Of a DNA stretch of 64,000 nt, positions 23,726 through 32,864 are shown piece after piece. The first letter of the stretch is position 1. Every line of letters begins with the position of its first letter. Both the position numbers and the translations under genes were made by a program. Where the stretch lies: positions 1-64,000 of IMG/VR virus record IMGVR_UViG_3300017971_000001; one strand, written 5' to 3'. The notes under the pieces were generated by a model. That model ran no database searches. It was not told where the DNA came from and was given only the letters and a program-made list of their open reading frames with translations.

Positions 23726-25685
23726 GCTTCTTCTTCGCCTTCTTCTTGACGGCCTTCTTCTTGGCGGGGCGCTTCTTCTTTGGAGGGCCGGTTTTCTTCT
23801 TCGGGCGCTTCGAATACTCTTCCTTCCATTCTCGCACTTCGTCGGCGTCGAACAGAAGAATCTCGCGCTCGCTTCCAGCGTGCTCGGGGACGCGATCGTG
23901 AGGAGCGCCCTTGCGAACCCAGGCATAGACCGTGACCGGAGAGACCCCCAGGGCTTCGGCGACCTCCTGTCGCGTCATGCGTCGGTGCCCACGCTGGGGC
24001 TCGATCTGGATCTTGTTCGAGCGAATGTATTCGCTGATCCACTTGGCCGAGGGGCCGAACCTCTCGGACGCCTCGTTGTAGGAGTGCCCAGCGCGGAGGT
24101 AGTCCACGATCTGCTCGTAGAGCTCAGGCCCGTAGCGAATATTCCCCTCCGAGCGCGCCTTGCGGCTCCGCTCCTTGTAGTCCTCGTACCACTCTCGAAC
24201 TTCGTCAGCGTTGAACAGTCGGATCACTCGGCCTGCGCTGTCCTCGCCAACAAGATCATGAGGGACGTCCGTTTTGCGGAGCCAGTGGTCAACCGTGCTG
24301 AGTCCGACGCCGAGCGCTTCGGCGAGCTCGCGCCGGATTAGGCCTCGGTGACCCTTCTGCCGAGCTCGGACCTTTTCCTCCCAGATTTCCTTGCGCCGCT
24401 GACTGGACTTCTCTCGCTGCCGCTGCAGGTATCCCTCGTGCCAGGTCAGGAACTCGTCCTTGTTCCAGACGAGGTCGTTCTTCCAGCGACCGTGGGGTGC
24501 TCCCTCCTCTCGCGCCAGGCCGCGCAGGTGAGACGGGCTCATGCCAAGCTCGTCAGAGAGATCTTCGGTGCTGTAGAGGCCGCGCTCTTCGAGATACCTT
24601 CGCCGGCGCTCGAATTCGCGCTCTGCCGTCGAGCGAGCCTGCTTGGCCTGATCGGCGCGGACGCGTTCGAGGTATTCGTCGTGCCAGGCAATGAGCTCGT
24701 CGGGATTCCAAAGGATCGCGTGCTTGAGTTTCTTGTGGGGAGCGCCGTGTTCTTTGGCGAGGATTCTCAGGTGTTCTTCGCTGATCCCTGCCAGGTCGGC
24801 CATTTCCCTGGTCCCGACGTAGCGCAGCGCGTAGTCAATCGTGACCTTTTTCAGGTTCTTTCGCCCCTGGAAAGTCCAGAACGCCTGTCCGTCAGCAATC
24901 GCTCGCTTGACGTATTCTTCGATCACCTTCTCCCCGAGCGCAGGGAAGTCTACGGCCAGCTGATTGATCGTGGCCGTCCCGTTGCGCGCCTCCAGCGCGT
25001 CAAGGATCTCCGCCATGACGTCGCTGTCCTCGGCAATGGCAGACTTTCCCTTCCGGCGAACCTCGGTCACCTCGCGCTCCTGGGCCTCCATTCGCTCCAT
25101 GAGGCCCGCGGCGTAAGAACTCTGTTCGAGGTGCTCCGTGCAGTACTTCTTGCCGTGACGGGTCGGCTCGCCGCAAATCGCACAGGGCGTAGGCTTCTTT
25201 CGCCCCGGCCCTCGATCGGCTCCGTAGCTCCGATCGACCGTGCGAGGGTTGACTCCAATCGGCGGCCCGCCAGCGTCCATGTCCGGTCCTTCGTAGGGTC
25301 GGCGCGCGTGCGGCAGCGAGAAGTAGAGGCGCTTGAGGAAGGGGCGCTTCTTGAGTCGGGCGCTGATCGCCTGCGCGGTTACGTCGTATCGGCGCGCAGC
25401 CTCGCTGATCGTCAGGCCGTTGTCAATGAGGTCTCGGAAGATCTGATCCCAGACGTGATCCGGCTGCGGCGGGTTGTCTTGCGGCAGGATCCGTACGACG
25501 TCGGGCGGAACAGAGAGCATGAGACTCCGGCCGTTGTCCCAGTCCACGTCGACCTGAGCGAAACCGCCGCGCCGCACGTCACCGACGATCCGCACGCCAC
25601 GAACGACGCCCCTTGTCCCAGGACGGATCGGGCAGGGATCGTCCATGAACACGAGCTCGATCCGGTCTCCAGCTTCAGGGGTCAT
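23679..25685 (-). CDS. DUF4314-like domain plus multiple winged-HTH repeats and a Lys-rich tail
   Basis: GDRIELVFMDDP...VDWDNGRSLML; CxxC..CxxH; four MerR/Nu1-like repeats (..LA..LG.S......W...G.PH.....F.....W); KKK tail. Confidence 0.75.
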   Translation of the reverse strand: MTPEAGDRIELVFMDDPCPIRPGTRGVVRGVRIVGDVRRGGFAQVDVDWDNGRSLMLSVPPDVVRILPQDNPPQPDHVWDQIFRDLIDNGLTISEAARRYDVTAQAISARLKKRPFLKRLYFSLPHARRPYEGPDMDAGGPPIGVNPRTVDRSYGADRGPGRKKPTPCAICGEPTRHGKKYCTEHLEQSSYAAGLMERMEAQEREVTEVRRKGKSAIAEDSDVMAEILDALEARNGTATINQLAVDFPALGEKVIEEYVKRAIADGQAFWTFQGRKNLKKVTIDYALRYVGTREMADLAGISEEHLRILAKEHGAPHKKLKHAILWNPDELIAWHDEYLERVRADQAKQARSTAEREFERRRRYLEERGLYSTEDLSDELGMSPSHLRGLAREEGAPHGRWKNDLVWNKDEFLTWHEGYLQRQREKSSQRRKEIWEEKVRARQKGHRGLIRRELAEALGVGLSTVDHWLRKTDVPHDLVGEDSAGRVIRLFNADEVREWYEDYKERSRKARSEGNIRYGPELYEQIVDYLRAGHSYNEASERFGPSAKWISEYIRSNKIQIEPQRGHRRMTRQEVAEALGVSPVTVYAWVRKGAPHDRVPEHAGSEREILLFDADEVREWKEEYSKRPKKKTGPPKKKRPAKKKAVKKKAKKKRATKKKATKKRSKKR

Positions 25686-26386
25686 TGCCAGAACTCCTCG
25701 GTCCTTGCGCGCCAACGTCGTGAGGATTCGACCAGGAGGCCGTGCGCGTTCTGTTCCCAGTCGCCCTCGAGGTCCTGCGAGTAGTAAGGCGCGTCCACGA
25801 AGGCGCTGATCTTTTGCAGGCCGATCGCGAAGAGGCCCTTGTATTCCGAAGCGAAGACTTGGACCCCGATTGGGACTGGCGAGCGCGCTTCGCCCACGTA
25901 GCGGTGCAGGTTTTGATCGATTCCGCGCCAGGGTTTATAGAGCGCATAGACGCTCCAGATCGGAATGAAGTCCTCTTCGTTGGCTCCGGTGTGCATGCGC
26001 CGATCGATCAGGCTGGAATCAAGGGCGATCCTCAGCACATAAGGCCCGTCACTGAAGGTCAGGAATTCCTCGCTGTCGATCAGGACTTGTTCGGCAGCGA
26101 TCTTGCGCTCGGGTCCGTCTGCCATGAACCCTTCCGGGTCGACGTATTGACCGCTCGCTCTTTCGTAGTCTGCGGACACGGCGTCCTCAGCGCCTTCCTC
26201 GGTCCACACGTTTCGCCGCGGCCACTCGCTGAACTCTCCGCTTGCCAGCATGTCGCTGCGAACGAAATCGCGGGCCTGGTCCGGGTCGTATCGCTTGTAG
26301 GCGGAATAGAGCGCCCGGAAGATCTCGTCGTTGGACGGGTCTTCCGCGTAGGCGCGCTCGAGTTCTCGGGTTCTCCGGTCGCTCAT
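25682..26386 (-). CDS. SD-R-tag protein
   Basis: MSDRRTRELERAYAEDP. Confidence 0.75.
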   Translation of the reverse strand: MSDRRTRELERAYAEDPSNDEIFRALYSAYKRYDPDQARDFVRSDMLASGEFSEWPRRNVWTEEGAEDAVSADYERASGQYVDPEGFMADGPERKIAAEQVLIDSEEFLTFSDGPYVLRIALDSSLIDRRMHTGANEEDFIPIWSVYALYKPWRGIDQNLHRYVGEARSPVPIGVQVFASEYKGLFAIGLQKISAFVDAPYYSQDLEGDWEQNAHGLLVESSRRWRARTEEFWQ

Positions 26387-26676
26387 TTCTTGGTCTTCTG
26401 GATTTTCCAGGCGTTCAGCGGGTCAGGCACGAAGAACAGCGAGCCCCTGTCGGGAGCGACTTCCGGCGCCATGACGATCCAGCCGCCGAACACGGGTGCT
26501 CGATAGAGTTTCGCTGCGCCCATGGGGCCGCAGCCGATTTGCTCCCAGTCGTCTTCGCAAATCTCGAATCCCAAGTACTCGTCGATCTCTCCGCAGTCGT
26601 TTCGGGTCCACTTGTCCTTGCGGTCCCATTTCTCCCGTGCTTTCTCCAGCGCTTTCTCGTACCGACTGTTGGTCAT
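26383..26676 (-). CDS. Hypothetical protein
   Basis: ATGA-coupled at both ends. Confidence 0.6.
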   Translation of the reverse strand: MTNSRYEKALEKAREKWDRKDKWTRNDCGEIDEYLGFEICEDDWEQIGCGPMGAAKLYRAPVFGGWIVMAPEVAPDRGSLFFVPDPLNAWKIQKTKK

Positions 26677-27407
26677 TCTGGCTCTCCTGGAAGTCCCCAC
26701 CACTCGCGGCAGATCTCTCGCACGCCTCGACGCAGCCAGGCATGCAAGCGGCGACCGCGAAGGCCAGGCGAGCGACTCACGCTCAGCGGTCCGTAAGCTT
26801 TCCGAAGAATCGAGTTCAGCTTTAGCGCTCCCGCTCTGGCGGTCACGTCGTTGGCAGGGTCCGCTTCGCTGATCAGAAGACGAGCGAGTTCGTGCCAGAC
26901 GGTCAGCGCGTTCACCCTGCTTTCGCTGACGCGGCGCACCTTCCGCCTGAATAGGGTCAGAAGCTGGGGGATTCGAACAACGCGCCTCCCCAAGTCCCCG
27001 GCGATCCGCTCGTAGTCATTGATCGCGAGGGCATTCTCTGGAGTGTCTGGAAGGTTCAGGTAGTCCACGGAATTCTCGAGGTCGTCGAGCACGGCGAGGC
27101 GGGTGACAGCGATCGCCAGGTCGATCCACCAGGGCTCGCTACCCTCCAGCTGGATCTGACGCAGCCAGGAACGCAGATCCTCCCCTTGGGCATGCGGACT
27201 ATGAAAGTTCAGCCTATGAAAGTTCAGCGGTCGTTCGATCGGGCGCTCGATCAATGTCAGCGCGACCGGGTCGTTGAGGGCGGCCAGGATCTCCAGCTGG
27301 ACGGGCTCGAGCTCTCCGCTGCGCAGCATGGCGTTGAACAGCTGGACCTGGGCCTCGAAGTCGTCGACCCCGCCACGCGACAGTCCGCGAATGTATCGAT
27401 CGGCCAC
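26673..27407 (-). CDS. Divergent SD-R-tag protein
   Basis: GTG 2 nt after the upstream TAG; MADRYIRGLSRGGVDDFEAQVQLFNAMLRSGEL. Confidence 0.6.
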   Translation of the reverse strand: MADRYIRGLSRGGVDDFEAQVQLFNAMLRSGELEPVQLEILAALNDPVALTLIERPIERPLNFHRLNFHSPHAQGEDLRSWLRQIQLEGSEPWWIDLAIAVTRLAVLDDLENSVDYLNLPDTPENALAINDYERIAGDLGRRVVRIPQLLTLFRRKVRRVSESRVNALTVWHELARLLISEADPANDVTARAGALKLNSILRKAYGPLSVSRSPGLRGRRLHAWLRRGVREICREWWGLPGEPE

Positions 27408-27409
27408 AG

Positions 27410-27817
27410 CTACCTCGATCGCCACCAGGTCAGCACGACGCCTGCGATCACGCCCAGTACGAACCCGGCGACGAAGCCGGGGCCGCGCGTCTTGGTGATC
27501 ACGACGGGCTCAGGCGGTGGCGCGGAGGGGAGGGCGAGACTGTCCGCGAGGGACGCAATCTTCCGCTGCCGCCGCTCTTCGGCGAGCAGCGCCGTCTGCT
27601 GACGCGCTCGATCGAGCTCTGCCTGACGGGCTCGGTCCTGCTGACTCGCCGTCCGCTGACTCGTTACCTGCTGACCCGCCGCCTCGGCCACGCGGCGCTG
27701 AACGACACGGCGCGCACTGGGCCTGGGTTTCTGCTGCGTGGACTGCTGAGACGGACCGTCGGAGCTCATGGCGTAGAGCCGCTCGAGTTCCTCGGCGGAG
27801 GGGATATCGCTGCTCAT
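27410..27817 (-). CDS. C-terminally anchored membrane protein with a coiled coil
   Basis: GFVAGFVLGVIAGVVLTWWRSR tail; preceded by TAGAAT-N6-ATG. Confidence 0.7.
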   Translation of the reverse strand: MSSDIPSAEELERLYAMSSDGPSQQSTQQKPRPSARRVVQRRVAEAAGQQVTSQRTASQQDRARQAELDRARQQTALLAEERRQRKIASLADSLALPSAPPPEPVVITKTRGPGFVAGFVLGVIAGVVLTWWRSR

Positions 27818-27849
27818 ACCTCGATTCTACGAGGTCCGCTGCCCCCTGC

Positions 27850-28371
27850 TCACCCTCCGTAGACCCAGTCCGGCACCGCGATCTCGTAGAACTCGCACGC
27901 CGACTCGGTCTGGGCGACGTAGGCCTCGCGGCTCGGGCAGAGCACGATATGGAGGTCGCCCTCGGTTACGCCCACTTCGGCCAGCAGAAGGGGCGAGCTT
28001 AGGACTTCCTGGAATGGGGTGACGTAGAGCACGCGCCAGGGGAAATCCACGAATCCGGCCCGGGTGGTTGCGGCGATTTCGTCGAGGTCGTTGGGATCAT
28101 GGCCGCCGCCGTAGTTTGCCGCGATCAGGCAGCCGTGTTCGTTCGTGCGCTGCTCCATGTTCCTGGCGAGGCCTTCCAGGGCCCGGCGCCCGTAGTGGAA
28201 CTGCCTCTGCACGAGCTCGGTCGGGCTGAGGATCTCGTTCGGAAGTCGCAGAAGCACCTCGACCGCACGCTCGTCCTCCCCGAGTCGCTCGAGTTCGTGA
28301 AAGAGGGCGTATCCGGCGGACTCGTCTCCGTCGGCGAAGGCGCGCTCAAGTTGGCGGAGCCTGCGATCCAT
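27850..28371 (-). CDS. SD-R-tag protein
   Basis: MDRRLRQLERAFADGDESA. Confidence 0.75.
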   Translation of the reverse strand: MDRRLRQLERAFADGDESAGYALFHELERLGEDERAVEVLLRLPNEILSPTELVQRQFHYGRRALEGLARNMEQRTNEHGCLIAANYGGGHDPNDLDEIAATTRAGFVDFPWRVLYVTPFQEVLSSPLLLAEVGVTEGDLHIVLCPSREAYVAQTESACEFYEIAVPDWVYGG

Positions 28372-28985
28372 TAGCCGCCGCCGGGTGAGATCAAGAAGGG
28401 CGCATAGGTGTTTGCGAACCCGGGCTTGGTCACGACCGGCTGGTAGTTGCCGGGGCTCTGCGTGGCGGGCACCTGAACGATCATGATATCGGGATAGTCG
28501 CCAGCAGCTGGCTGGAGGGCGAAGTCCACCGGGCTGTCGTCCCAGGGGTCGGGCGGGAGTGTGACCCGGTTGTCCGCTCGGGGCAGCACGAGGACCGAGG
28601 CTCCGTCGAAGTTCTCGCCCCAGATCTCGAAGTTGGTCCCGACCGACACGATCCCATTGCTCGTGTTCGGGCTCATGTAGATCACGGGCTGGCCAGCGGC
28701 CTGAAATGACGAGGGGGCCTCAAGCGGAAGATCGAGTCCGCGCGGGTTCGTAGCTCGTTCGATCGAGTGAAGGCGCCTGACCACGAAGTTAGCCGACTCG
28801 GTTCCACTTCCGTCGTTGCGGAAGGTGACGCTTTCTTCGTCGGCCGAGACGATTACGATCGGCGTTGATCCTTCCGGGCGAACTGAGTCTGGCTTGACCC
28901 CATTTCCTGCTTCTTGCAGTCCATGCGGAACGTCCACCGTAGCGCCGGCGGCGAGAGAGTCGACGTTTATCACTGAGATAAGCAT
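28371..28985 (-). CDS. Putative structural protein with an IPT/TIG (Ig-like) C-terminal domain
   Basis: AAGGAG RBS; P.I...VGTNFEIWGENF...IVQVP....GNY.PVVT. Confidence 0.55.
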   Translation of the reverse strand: MLISVINVDSLAAGATVDVPHGLQEAGNGVKPDSVRPEGSTPIVIVSADEESVTFRNDGSGTESANFVVRRLHSIERATNPRGLDLPLEAPSSFQAAGQPVIYMSPNTSNGIVSVGTNFEIWGENFDGASVLVLPRADNRVTLPPDPWDDSPVDFALQPAAGDYPDIMIVQVPATQSPGNYQPVVTKPGFANTYAPFLISPGGG

Positions 28986-29066
28986 GGCTGACTCCTTTTC
29001 AAGGTTCGCTCCGGACCGGGCCCACCCTGCCCCGTGGAGGCTCTACTTTTATGGTCTCACGGAGAT

Positions 29067-30236
29067 TCAGATCTGCCCGTCCAGCCAGCGCATTCGGTCC
29101 CCGATCCCCAGCCCTTCGAGCGGCTCCTCGTAGGTCACCGTCTCGGGCAAGTAGTCCACGACGCGCGCGTAGTCCTTGCTGGTCAGGAAGATCAGGTGGA
29201 CGCGGTCCCCGTAGACCTTGAGGATCTCCTTCGCGACCCGCTTCGCCCATGCGCGCTTCGTGTCGATCTTGGCGCCGACGAGCGTTTCGTTGTAGGTCGG
29301 GATCTTCTTACGCCGCGGCGTGAGCCCGAACTTGGCCGACAGGATCGCCCAGTCGTCCGCCTCACCCTCGTCGATCAGGGCCTCGGCGTAACGGCGACTC
29401 TTGGTGAACAGCGGGCTGACGCTGTAGAGCTCCTGCGCCGCCACCTTCTTCCCGCGCTTGAGCGGGGCCTTGTTCTTCGTGCAGCCGATCAGCACGACGG
29501 ACTCGGCGCGACGGGGGTTGCTCTTCGGCCAAGTTCGGACTCTTTGAGCCAGCCATGCACGATACGCCTCTCGGATAAAGTCCAGTCGACTCGACCGACT
29601 CAGTGACCCCCACGACTTCCCGTCGAGTTCCGCGATCGCGTCGCCAGCGTGAGGCGCAGGGCCAATCGGCTCCGGTCCCACTCCGGACCGAAGATCCGGC
29701 TTCCGCTCCATTCCTTCGTAGGTCTCAACATAGGCCCGGCGCTCAGCGACGCTCATTCCTTCCCAGCGCTGCGAGAAGAGGCTCTCGTAGACCGGTTGGC
29801 GATCGTAGAGCCATAGGCGAGCGAAATGCATGGCTTGAGCGAGCTCGACCGGATCCGAGTAAATGATCTCCGCGCGGATCTCTTCCTGAATCTCCATTTC
29901 GTAGCGCTGGTCTCGCTCTTCGTAGCTGAGCACTCCTCCGTATCTCTTCAGAAGTCGATTGGCTTCGGCCTGAGTTGCCTCAAGGCTGCCGTCGTCCAGC
30001 GCGCCGGTGACCCGGTCACTCACGACGTCGTAGATCGCGTAATGATCTCCTTTGAGGACTCGCATGATTACCATGGGCCCGATCGCGTCCACGAACTCGA
30101 CGTTCTTGGCAGACTCGGCGCGCTTCCCTTCCGGGCTGAAGTGGTGCTGAGCCAAGATCCAGGCGTCTTCAGCCGTGATCTCCTCGCGCGGCTTCCGCAT
30201 GGCCGCGCGCAGCCGTCGGTCGAAACTCACGCCCAA
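29067..30236 (-). CDS. Unknown N-terminal domain, NP, DUF6884-like domain
   Basis: After KSNP: VVLIGCTKNK, AQELYS.SPLF, WAILSAKFGL, YNETL. Confidence 0.65.
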   Translation of the reverse strand: MGVSFDRRLRAAMRKPREEITAEDAWILAQHHFSPEGKRAESAKNVEFVDAIGPMVIMRVLKGDHYAIYDVVSDRVTGALDDGSLEATQAEANRLLKRYGGVLSYEERDQRYEMEIQEEIRAEIIYSDPVELAQAMHFARLWLYDRQPVYESLFSQRWEGMSVAERRAYVETYEGMERKPDLRSGVGPEPIGPAPHAGDAIAELDGKSWGSLSRSSRLDFIREAYRAWLAQRVRTWPKSNPRRAESVVLIGCTKNKAPLKRGKKVAAQELYSVSPLFTKSRRYAEALIDEGEADDWAILSAKFGLTPRRKKIPTYNETLVGAKIDTKRAWAKRVAKEILKVYGDRVHLIFLTSKDYARVVDYLPETVTYEEPLEGLGIGDRMRWLDGQI

Positions 30237-31042
30237 CCTCCGTGTTCGGCGCAGGCGAGGCTACCGTCTTCGTCCCAGCCGATCGCGACGTTCTCGCAGA
30301 AGTCGCACTCTTCGTCTTCCGGTTCAGGGAGTGGCCAGGGGTATTCGGCGTTGATTTCCAGTCCGCGCTCGCGGAGCTCGCGCGCGAAGGTCTCGTCCTC
30401 GTCGCGCCATTCTTCCAGGGTCCACTGTCGGCGTTGGTCGTCGGCGGTATCTGGGTCGAACCCCCACCACCGGATTTCGTCTGCGGGGGCAGGCAGGACT
30501 TGCGGGCTCCACCCGGATCGACTGCTCCCTTGGCAAACGGCGGTGTCCCCTACTTCCCGCGACGCTTCGTAGAGTAGCGCCGCCCTCGTTAGCAGGCCTC
30601 CCTCCATGAACGTCTCGGAGAAATCTTCCTGACAAGAGTTCGAGAAGTGCTCGATTGCTTGCCTCGTCTGCTCGTCCGCGAGGGTCAGCGCCGAAAGGTC
30701 GACCGACCAGTCGTCGATCCAGAAGGGGTAGCCCGGGTCTTGATACCCGTTGTCTCCGATAAGGTCAACGACGTTCTCAATCCTCAGGATCTCTGCGTAC
30801 GAAGATCCGGGTTCCACGCGAGCGAGCACGGCGCCGTGGCTCGTGGCCGACATGTCTCCGCCGATCTGGGTCCAGCGCTCCTCTTCCGGGTCATAGCCAA
30901 CCGGCGGGAGCCCGGCTTCGATCCGCTGGATCTCAATGCCGAGCGGGTCTGTCCGGCGGAGGAGCCGGCGTAGTGCCTCCATGGCGTCCGGGTCACCCAA
31001 GGCGGCCAGTCGTTGAAGTTCTCGAATCTCCTCGTCGCTCAC
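30227..31042 (-). CDS. SD-R-tag protein with a C-terminal CxxC..CxxH
   Basis: MSDEEIRELQRLAALGDPDA. Confidence 0.75.
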   Translation of the reverse strand: MSDEEIRELQRLAALGDPDAMEALRRLLRRTDPLGIEIQRIEAGLPPVGYDPEEERWTQIGGDMSATSHGAVLARVEPGSSYAEILRIENVVDLIGDNGYQDPGYPFWIDDWSVDLSALTLADEQTRQAIEHFSNSCQEDFSETFMEGGLLTRAALLYEASREVGDTAVCQGSSRSGWSPQVLPAPADEIRWWGFDPDTADDQRRQWTLEEWRDEDETFARELRERGLEINAEYPWPLPEPEDEECDFCENVAIGWDEDGSLACAEHGGWA

Positions 31043-32862
31043 TTCAGATCCTCAACAAAGGAACTCGGCACGTCGTAAGCCCAGAAGAGGTGCTGGAGCC
31101 CCAAGGGCGCGCTGAATTTGATCACAAGGTCAGACGGCTCGCCACTTTCTTCTTCGCCCTCGACCTCGAAGTCCGTCTCGAAATACTCTGCCTCGAATTC
31201 AGCTGAAATCGACGCCGAGGCGAGATCAGCGAGCTCTTCGTTCGACAGGTTCACCTGCGCGTCGAGTTCGCCCGCAATGAGTTCGATATCGTTGTCGGAA
31301 AGATCCAGCCCGCTGATATCGAGGTAGGCCTCAATGTGGATCTCTAAGCTCGCTCCAGGACGAGGCGGGTATCGATCCGGTCTGACGGAAATGTTCATGC
31401 CGTTGAGGCGGTGGGGACCGACCTCGGGGGGAATGTAGGGGCTCTCGAGGATTGAGAGCACGGCGGATTCAAAGTATCTGTAGATCTCTGGGTCCAGCGT
31501 GCTGCTGTAGGCGGCCGTGAGCTCAGGGCGCCAATGAAGGAAGTCTTCTTCCAGCCCTCGGCGAGTCCTTGCCCTCGTTCCCGTACCCAGGGCCTCGCGA
31601 ACAGCCTCTGCGTCTCCGTCGAGAATGTTGCTCCAGGCGTTCTGGTAGGCCGCGATCGCGCCGGTCGATCGGCGCCGGCGTAGTTCCCGCTCGAGCGCCT
31701 CTTCGGCGTCGACGTCGCCCGCGGCGGCGCGCCGGCGGAGTTCGAGCTCGCGATCCTCGGGGGAGGGGTTCCTTCGATACTTCCTCTTCACGTAGACAGG
31801 CTCCTCGGTGAGGAGTTCAAGGTTTTTGTTGTGGTGTCTCGCTAGTTCGCGCTCGAACTCGCAGTCCGGGTCGTCGAAGTCTGGATCGGCGCAGTCGGAA
31901 TCGATCCAGTCGTATTCCTTCCAGCCCTTCCAGTAGCGACGCGCCGCTTCACGCACGCCAGGTTCGTAGAGCGCGACGTCGCGGGGGTCGTCGATCCTCA
32001 CCGAGCGCATATAAGGCGCAGACGAAGCGAGACCGCTGATATGCCCGCCTGCGTCGTTGAAGTGGTCCATGTCGAACTTGTGAACCGGGCCCTTGGTGCG
32101 GACTTCGTAGATCCCAGCTTCTCCGGCGGGGCAGCGTGGCATGTATTGCCCTGGGCTCGGGCTCACGAACACGCTGCGGATCCGGCTCGGCATTCCGGCA
32201 GGGCGCTCCTCCTCGAACACGCGCTCGACGAACTGCTTGTGGGGCGTCAGGTCGTCCCAGGGCTTGGGGCGGAGTCGCTGGTTCGGTTTGAGCTCGGCGC
32301 ACGAGGAGTGGTAGTAGGGCGGGTTCCGCAAGTAGCCTGCCCAGCGCGCCTCTTGCCGCAGGTCGAGCTCTTCGACCAGCCCGAGAAACCGATTCACGTT
32401 CTCGCGTCGCTGGGGGTTGGGGGCCAGGTCCTCAAGAGCAGCGCGGAATTGGCATGCGCTAGGCTCTCCCGCGGCCAGGATCTCGTAACGAGTGCTCAGT
32501 GGCTCAATGTCCGAGAACCATTCCCAGTCCTCAAGGATCCATTCGTAGGCTTCTGGATCGTGAGACTGATCGATCAAGCTCTGCGCGATCACGGAGTACA
32601 TGATCTGGAAGGGGAGGTCTGCGAGCGACCCTTCGAGGTTTTCGATCCGGGCCCAGATCACCGACTCTGCAAACGCGAAGTGCCAGGTGCTATACGAGAT
32701 CCGCGCGGGCAGCATGTAGCGCTGCCCGATCTCCTGGGCGCGATAGAGCTCCCCTCTCAAGCGATCAGCCGCGTCCGGGTCGAACGCGGCTTCACGGGCG
32801 AGTCGTCGCAGGTCTCGGTCTGAAGGGTTCCGCCGGGGCCGGCGGGCGCGCCGGCTCGCCAT
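31039..32862 (-). CDS. Modular protein with two tags and a central ADP-ribosyltransferase-like (DUF2441-like) domain
   Basis: RRNPSDRDLRRLA...; YYH, ERVFEEERP, PSRIRSVF, IYEV, YWKG, ELL; RRNPSPEDRELELRRRAAAGD. Confidence 0.7.
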   Translation of the reverse strand: MASRRARRPRRNPSDRDLRRLAREAAFDPDAADRLRGELYRAQEIGQRYMLPARISYSTWHFAFAESVIWARIENLEGSLADLPFQIMYSVIAQSLIDQSHDPEAYEWILEDWEWFSDIEPLSTRYEILAAGEPSACQFRAALEDLAPNPQRRENVNRFLGLVEELDLRQEARWAGYLRNPPYYHSSCAELKPNQRLRPKPWDDLTPHKQFVERVFEEERPAGMPSRIRSVFVSPSPGQYMPRCPAGEAGIYEVRTKGPVHKFDMDHFNDAGGHISGLASSAPYMRSVRIDDPRDVALYEPGVREAARRYWKGWKEYDWIDSDCADPDFDDPDCEFERELARHHNKNLELLTEEPVYVKRKYRRNPSPEDRELELRRRAAAGDVDAEEALERELRRRRSTGAIAAYQNAWSNILDGDAEAVREALGTGTRARTRRGLEEDFLHWRPELTAAYSSTLDPEIYRYFESAVLSILESPYIPPEVGPHRLNGMNISVRPDRYPPRPGASLEIHIEAYLDISGLDLSDNDIELIAGELDAQVNLSNEELADLASASISAEFEAEYFETDFEVEGEEESGEPSDLVIKFSAPLGLQHLFWAYDVPSSFVEDLK

Positions 32863-32864
32863 GA

